Origin: the human T2T-CHM13v2.0 reference genome, Homo sapiens | Direction: 5' to 3' (one strand) | NCBI RefSeq assembly: GCF_009914755.1 | Contig: NC_060948.1 | Length of the DNA stretch: 64,000 nucleotides | The notes under the pieces: model-generated | The model's input: the letters and a program-made list of their open reading frames with translations, nothing else | What the model was told of the DNA's origin: nothing | Database searches by the model: none | Part shown: piece by piece, positions 53,584 through 64,000 of the stretch | How positions within the stretch are numbered: the first letter of the stretch is position 1 | How the letters are laid out: each line of letters begins with the position of its first letter | Program-made: the position numbers and the translations under genes

Positions 53584-53712
53584 GAGTGAGCTGGGCTGGA
53601 GTCCTCACTCCTGGCATGACACCAAGTTCACCAACAACCACCCTGAACTAACGGCCTCACGGTTCCCCTCCGCCAGCTGCTGCCCTTCCTGGCCTGGCTG
53701 TCACCACTGGAG
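53584..53712 (+). pseudogene. SHROOM2P1: SHROOM2 (APXL) exon 3 homologue
   Basis: ttttccag|GAGTGAGCTGGGCTGG...CACTGGAG|gtagac; translates [42 protein letters not shown] versus recalled SHROOM2 [42 protein letters not shown]. Confidence 0.88.
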
Positions 53713-54227
53713 GTAGACAACTGTTCCTGTCCGACGCCAGGTTTGTTCAGGCTTCTGCAGTCTCCCAAGTTTTCAGGCTTGTCCGACACTTCTTGACTGA
53801 AGAATGATAATGTTTTTGGTAAGACTGTGCCACTGACAGATGATCACAATTTGAGCGCTGTGAGTTTTTCATTGAACAGGCAAGCGTGTGACGCTGAGAA
53901 ACAAAATGACATGGCAAGACAGGGCATGAGTGACAAGGAGATTGCAGGACGGGGCTGCCCAGCGAGATGCCAGGTATAGGGTTCTTAGCCAGTGGGGCAG
54001 GGTTCATTGCACCCCCGTGTCCGCAGCCACCATCCTCTTTTCCAGGATTTTACGGGTGGACTGGAATGCAGGAGATATTTGTGGGGCGGCGGGTGTATCC
54101 TGTAAAAGCTCCCAGGAGGTTCTGTTAAGTTTTGGCAGCCTCTCCTTGAACCTCAGGGCATTAGCGGCAGTATCCTCACTTGTCTCCTGTTAAAAGGGTG
54201 GCAGTAACAGCAGATAGTCTCGTTTTG

Positions 54228-54482
54228 GTGTGTGTATGTGGATATCCTCCTGCTTGTGTGAGTGTGCATATCTGTGTGTGTTTGTGGTTGTGTGTATGTA
54301 TGTGGGGGGTTGGACATGTATGTTTTTACATGTTTGTGTGTATGTATTCATGTGTCTATATGTATATTTGTGTCTATGTGTGTGTGCATGTGTATCTCTG
54401 CTTGTATGTATGTGTGCACATATGTATCTGTATGTGAGTATATGAGTTTGAGCATGTTTGTGTGTGTGCAGGTATGTGTGTG
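54228..54482. repeat. Degenerate (TG)/(TATG) repeat
   Basis: Direct observation. Confidence 0.9.
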
Positions 54483-54531
54483 AATTTAGAGCTAATGTAA
54501 CCACTCAGTTTTGGCTGTTAGTAACTGGTCT

Positions 54532-55208
<677 letters not shown>

Positions 55209-56084
55209 ACTGGTGTGTGAAATTGCAAGGTAAAGATTTATGTGGCATGAAGGAAATATATTGAAATACAACATTACCTACCTAAAGTGACAAAAGATGA
55301 TGGTACTTCGAGCCAATTTTATTGTTGAAAACAACCAAAGATTCCCAACTGAGTTGTAAAACTTAAGTGAACAGTGGGCCTTTTATTTTATTCCTGAAGT
55401 GACTTTTAAGGTAAGGAGATCTCCATTAAGCCCATTTGGCAGTCTCTTGATGAAATAAACATGCACACTGCCCACATATCTGTGGAAACAGTGCTCAATG
55501 TTCTCTAGGTCTGCTTGGACTTGGTATTGCCTGGAAAAATCCCCTCTGGAATATTGGTGAGTAGTCAGGAGCATGCCCCATGTTTGAGGATATGTGGTCT
55601 GTTCTTATAGAAGATGGTGGGAAACCCAAACAGTCCTCTCCCTCCCGCGGATGACAGCCAGTCATTCTCTAGTGTTCTGTCCTGGTCACGCGGTTCTCTC
55701 ATCCTCACTGTCCCCCAACCTAGTGGAGCCACAGCTTCTTCCCCTTGAAGGGTCAAAGTCTCAGCTTTGTTGAGCTTTAAAGAAAGCATTTTACATCCTG
55801 GATAAATAGTTTCACCATTGAGAACTCTCACACAATTATCACCTTTCAGAGGAATGTCTCAATGTCTCAGTCACTTTATTTCATCTTCTTACATGCCATC
55901 CTATTAAGGAGCCTGTTTCTTGGTGTTCACATATAGCTTCAATAACTTCACAGCGTGCAACTACTCAGCTGAAAGCTAAACACAGCAGTTTATGGTATTT
56001 CTGTAGATTGGTGGAAAAGTAATTGCAGTTTTTGCTATTACACCAACTTCCTTCTCCCCCTCCTCCTCCTCTTTCTTCTCCTAT

Positions 56085-56352
56085 TGAGACAGAGTCTCAG
56101 TCTCCTGTCCAGGCTGGAGTGCAGTGGTGCAGTCTTGGCTCACTGTAGCATCATGTGATCCTCCCACCTCAGACTCCTGAGTAGCTGGGACTGTAAGAGT
56201 GTGCCACCACACCTTGCTAATTTTTGAAACATTTTTATAGAGACAGGGTCTTCCTACATTGCCCTAAATGCTTTGAAACTCCTGGCCTTGAGTGATCCTC
56301 CCACCTCAGCCTCTTAACGCACTGGAATTTTAACCCTGAGTGACCAAGCCTG
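56085..56352 (-). mobile_element. Alu (J-like)
   Basis: Diverged antisense Alu. Confidence 0.8.
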
Positions 56353-56870
56353 GTCTATATAACAGGCTAGATAATACGTATTTTCACTTCACTTACGAAC
56401 TGAAATTTGAATTTCAGATCATTTTTATAGGTTAAATAGGAGAAATAGTATACCTTTATTTCTTCCCCCCACCATTAAACATATAAAAACCATTCTTAGC
56501 TTTTGGGTTGTCATGTGCCCACCTCTGCACTTAACTATTGATTGACCATAGATGTGTAAATTCAGACTTTACCTGCCAGTAATCTGGGCATCAGGCTGAT
56601 AATTTGCCCTACTATTGAAAGGCATCTGTTTGTAAAAAGACATGCTACCGGGAGGACACGTTCTTTTCAGCCTGCACTTTCTTTCTGCCTGTCTCTACTA
56701 AAATCTATGTGTGTTAAGCTGAAACCTCAGCCCCAGTGATTTGACCCTGAGAAGTTACTGTTTGGCATTTTGATATTTCCACAGAGGGCCAGCTGTGTAC
56801 GCCACGTTGCTCTTTGCCAATTACTGACACTAAAGAACAACATGCCTTGTACTTCTTCTTGTTCTTGTAG

Positions 56871-59025
<2,155 letters not shown>

Positions 59026-59794
59026 GTAAGCCATGGAGCCAAGCGAGGGCATGACCCCCCTTTGACCATCATCTTAACACATGGACAGGACACACCCAGG
59101 ATGCAATGGCTGAGGCCAGCGCTACTTAGCTCCAGCTGTTCAGGAGTTTACCTTTCCCATACCTCCTAGTGTCCACTGTGTCAGAGTTACTTGGGGACAA
59201 AATCAACATATTCAAGGTAATTTAAAATGCCAGGTTCTCAAAAACCCACTTTTTTCATTCCCGTTCTTGCTGCCATAATCTCTGGCTTTAACTGTCTTTC
59301 ACCTTAAGTAGCCTGTTCCTACCTTCAGACTCAGCAAAGAACTTGGAGAGAAACTGTCGAAAATGATAACGAACCACCTTGACCTGGAAAAATGTGTGGT
59401 TTATTTAAAGGCTTAAAACAACATACAATAGTCACCAAACACTGATGATATTTAATGTCTATGGTATTTGGGTTTTTATACTATTCTGTTTTTTATCTGC
59501 AAATATTTTTAAGGATTGCTCTGGAACAAAATGTAGTCTTTTTTGAAAACACCTAAAACACATTAAGTTATTGCACATTTTTAAGGTGAGAGTTTTGATG
59601 GTCAGAGTTTACATCAAGCTTTCTAGAAAACTGTGTATTTCACAGCCCTGCTTCAAAGTTGACAGTCCCTTTCTCTCTTGCCCCTGCCCCTTTGAAAGCT
59701 TTTTCTCCCTATTACATCTGCACCTGTATATTTCAAAGAAAAAAAGTTCTGCAGTGATAGATACAGTTCCTTTTTAAAAGAATAAGAGGTGAGT

Positions 59795-60056
59795 GGGCTG
59801 GTGCATTTGCAGTCCTACCAGTTTGGATGGCCAGGAAAGGATGATCACTTGAGAACAGGAGTTCCAAACCAGTCTGGGCAACAAAGCAAGACCTTGTCTC
59901 TACAAAAAAGGAAAAAATACTTCGCCAGGTGTCACAGTGGTGCCCAGGAGGTATAGGTTTCAATGAACTGTGTTCTCAACACTATACTCCAGCCTGGGCA
60001 AAGGAGCAGTAAGTAGTACCCTCTCTCAACAAAAAAAAAAAAAAAAAAAAAAAAGA
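59795..60056 (+). mobile_element. Diverged Alu with long poly-A
   Basis: Alu motifs and A-run ~60031-60054. Confidence 0.75.
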
Positions 60057-60594
60057 ACCACTAATAAATTTAATAGAAGATATTTAATATGTGCATGGAA
60101 AGAAAGCTGCTGGTTTGCTCTGTGGTGTCCCGGCTCTGAAAATCCATGCAGATGGTGTGAGTGTGTGTTTTCAGCATTGGAATACCCTGGCTTGTGGGCT
60201 ATTCAGCATTACCTCTGAGAATATCATGCTTGCTCTTTCAGGAGCAAAGAATCTGGGGCCCTGACATCCTAGAGCTTGAGGTTTCACCACTATAATTTGT
60301 GACCAGCTATATTTTATTTTATTTTATATTTTATATTCTATTTTATTTTAAATTTTTTATTTTGTTTTATTTATTTTATTTTATTTTAATTTCTTTTGGC
60401 CAGTTGTGCCACACGGTTTTACAGGCTTCACGTAGGAGTTCTGTTTCCTGCCCAGAACAGAAGTGGTTATGGGATCTTAGTTGTTTCAATGAAATGCTTT
60501 GTAGAGCTGCACTGGCAAGGTGAACGCACAAATGACGGCTTTCATAATCACAGCCAGCTGTGGACTTAGTGTCTCATTGTGTTACCCTTTGCAG

Positions 60595-60695
60595 GATGCT
60601 TCCGTCAAACTGCGAAGGCAGGCAGAGGACCCCGGCAAGCACATAGAAGAGCTTCCCTCTGCAGTCTGGGCCAAAGAGGAATAGTCCATGCCGAC
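60595..60695 (+). pseudogene. SHROOM2P1: SHROOM2 exon 5 homologue with nonsense codon
   Basis: ccctttgcag|GATGCTTCCGTCAAACTG...; DASVKLRRQAEDPGKHIEELPSAVWAKEE*SMP versus recalled [33 protein letters not shown]; in-frame TAG at 60682-60684; weak donor AC|gtggat. Confidence 0.85.
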
Positions 60696-61345
60696 GTGGA
60701 TGAAATTTGGATTCAGAGTTACTGAAGAAGTGTCTGGAGGTGGGCCTCAGTACGTATGGTGGGTGACATCTGGTTTTTGCCCAACATAAAGCAGCTGAAA
60801 CCCGGCATGATTTCCAGCATCCCTGATGCCCTGGAGGTCTGGACAGAACCTGTGCATCCTGCAGCCCTGCCCAGAGACACATCCCTAGGGCAGGAAGGCC
60901 TTCTTATGCAGCAGTGACATTTTTGGTTCTTGAAATAGCTGCTGTGTTTTCTGCATAGTAAGACTGTTTTTGGAGACAGAATGAGAAATCCAGTTTACCA
61001 CACTGGAGCTGGACACTTTTCACAGAATGCCTGGTGGAAGGTCAGCTTTAGCTGTCTAGCACACAGCTGTGTGCCTAGCCATGGCGTGGAAATCAGAGTT
61101 TTCTCTAAGGATAATCAGTCAGAAAGGAATAGGGCAGTCCTTCCTAAATTGGATCTAGTTAATGAGTTAATTTTGAGCTTTAAAATAGAAATCTAGTCAG
61201 TTGACTCCCAGAGAGGCTGCAAGCATCTGCAGGAACCATGGCAGGAGCAGCAGATTAGAGCATTTTGTGCCATAATTCCAGAACATGCCTTGTAGCTGCT
61301 TAGCTGAGGCAAGGACAGAGTTAGATAAAATATATAGTATAATCT

Positions 61346-61731
<386 letters not shown>

Positions 61732-61902
61732 TTACGGGAATAATTGTGCATATGGATTTTTCTGTCGCTTTGAGAATCTTGTGTGATTGCCGTGACTTTC
61801 AGATTAAACACTGACCTCAAAACTCAAGGTTCTCTTGCAGAAATTGCAAATTAAAAAGTTTACTTTCAAGCACCTCATGTTACCGGGTTTTATTCATTTC
61901 GC

Positions 61903-62494
<592 letters not shown>

Positions 62495-64000
62495 TCATTT
62501 GGCTTTAAACTGAGAGCTGGTAGCCTTCTACATGGGGATCAAATATTAATGTGACTCTGCAGCAACGGGATTGATATTGTGTGTGTGCTTGTGTAGGAAG
62601 TCTCTGTAGTTACTTAATTGACTCTGAGGCTGAATCCAAGAATGTATGTGTCAGAAAAGCTGACGAATAATCCACCTACAGAATGTAGCTGTGTCTGAGA
62701 AGCACAGTTGGAGCTTTATGACTGTGGATTCCAAGTAGGTCGGGTGCTGAGGGCCAGATGCTGTCTGTTTTCCAAGCCAGCTCTCAGACGGTGGAAGACG
62801 GCTGTGTAGTGCATTGCGTGCAGTGCTCAGTGAGCTCTGCACTGCGGGCCCTTGCTCTGCTGCTGAGCTCTGCCTGATGCCCCAAGAATTTCAGCTGTGC
62901 AGAGGGCATCCATGCTGGTGGGGTTGTATATCTCTTCTGTGCATGGAGAGGGTCACCCTGAACAGCTGTCATGTGCAGACTGTGTGTGTGTGAGTGAATG
63001 GCAGTATTAATGCTGTAAAAGGTCGAGAGGAGGTGGGGGTTGCCCATGCTTCATTCATCAAGGCCATGTCTTTCAGCAGACTGCATAACCACTCTGAAGA
63101 AATTAGTTCCAGGAACTCTGCTTTTGAGCTACCAACTTAGCAATTTTCAGAATTGTGTGCGTGTTTTTGAATGGCAAGACATGATGATATTCCAGCATAT
63201 GTAGGTTGAAAAGGTATCTCCAGCTTATTTCAGAGACTCTAATTTCTGAAGGGTCAATAAGAAAGAATACACTTCAAAAATTAAAATGGAGAATAACAGA
63301 AGTCAGAATTCAGGCTCACCAAAAAAAAAAAAATCTAAAATACAAAGGTTTGAAGATACCCAATGTTTTGTATAAGTTTAAAGTAACGTAAACATGTCTG
63401 GGTAAGTCAGATAAAGTACTGCTGTGATAACCGATGCATAACAAGAAAAAGTGTTGGTTGTAGTGTTCTGTTTGGATAACAGAAGCACGTTAAGATTGGA
63501 ATTATTTTTTGTTGTTCTTGGTTGTTCATGGGAACCAAATAGAGGTAACATTTTTTGTAAGGTTCAAGATGCTATGTTAATATAAAGCAAAGTAGGGTAG
63601 ATTGAAGTGATGATACATACATATTTGTAATTTTTTTTGGAACAAAGAGGAATGTTTCATATAAGTACAATATCTCAAAACATGGAATGACCTTGAACCC
63701 TTTTTGCACCACACACCATAGCTACCAAATAGATAAAGCAAAAACTGTTGATACACTGGGTAAAAATGACAAATTCATAACCATTATGTGATTTTTCTGA
63801 GGAAATCTATTTATGACCTGAAAATGAGACCCAGACTTTGTCTTACATAGGGTTTTGGGAAGAATGGAGATGCTAAGGTATTGGTGGATTTTTCTCAAAA
63901 GTGGGAATGTTCAGGAAGTGCTTGCCCTTTATCTGTAAAAGTGTGGATATTCCAACAAGACTTGCTGATTGGTTGATATAAAATGAGCTCATTAGGGTGA

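Overview
Human Y-chromosome (male-specific Yq11.21, X-degenerate) sequence, not microbial. Three landmarks support this. (1) Exons 1-3 of an XG (Xg blood group/CD99 family) copy lie on the minus strand (22980->343), with a 6-nt deletion in exon 2, consistent with the XGY1/XGPY pseudogene. (2) The forensic Y-STR DYS389I/II lies at ~15.9-16.3 kb and reads 13/29 here. (3) Homologues of SHROOM2 exons 3-5 lie on the plus strand (53.6-60.7 kb) with frameshifts and stops (SHROOM2P1/APXLP). The rest is mostly Alu, L1, LTR (MER41, LTR1, MLT2A, MLT1, LTR7) and DNA-transposon remnants plus simple repeats; almost all other ORFs in the track are spurious. I found no intact new protein-coding system. The least explained structures are: a ~2.2-kb degenerate AT-rich palindrome built inside an MLT2A LTR (28.0-30.2 kb); a CpG-rich ~49-bp minisatellite running into the SHROOM2P1 exon-3 acceptor, with a solo HERV-H LTR upstream; and an XG 5' end that is still open and spliceable, with a candidate upstream GATA site. 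Gene and repeat names come from recalled sequences, not from database searches.
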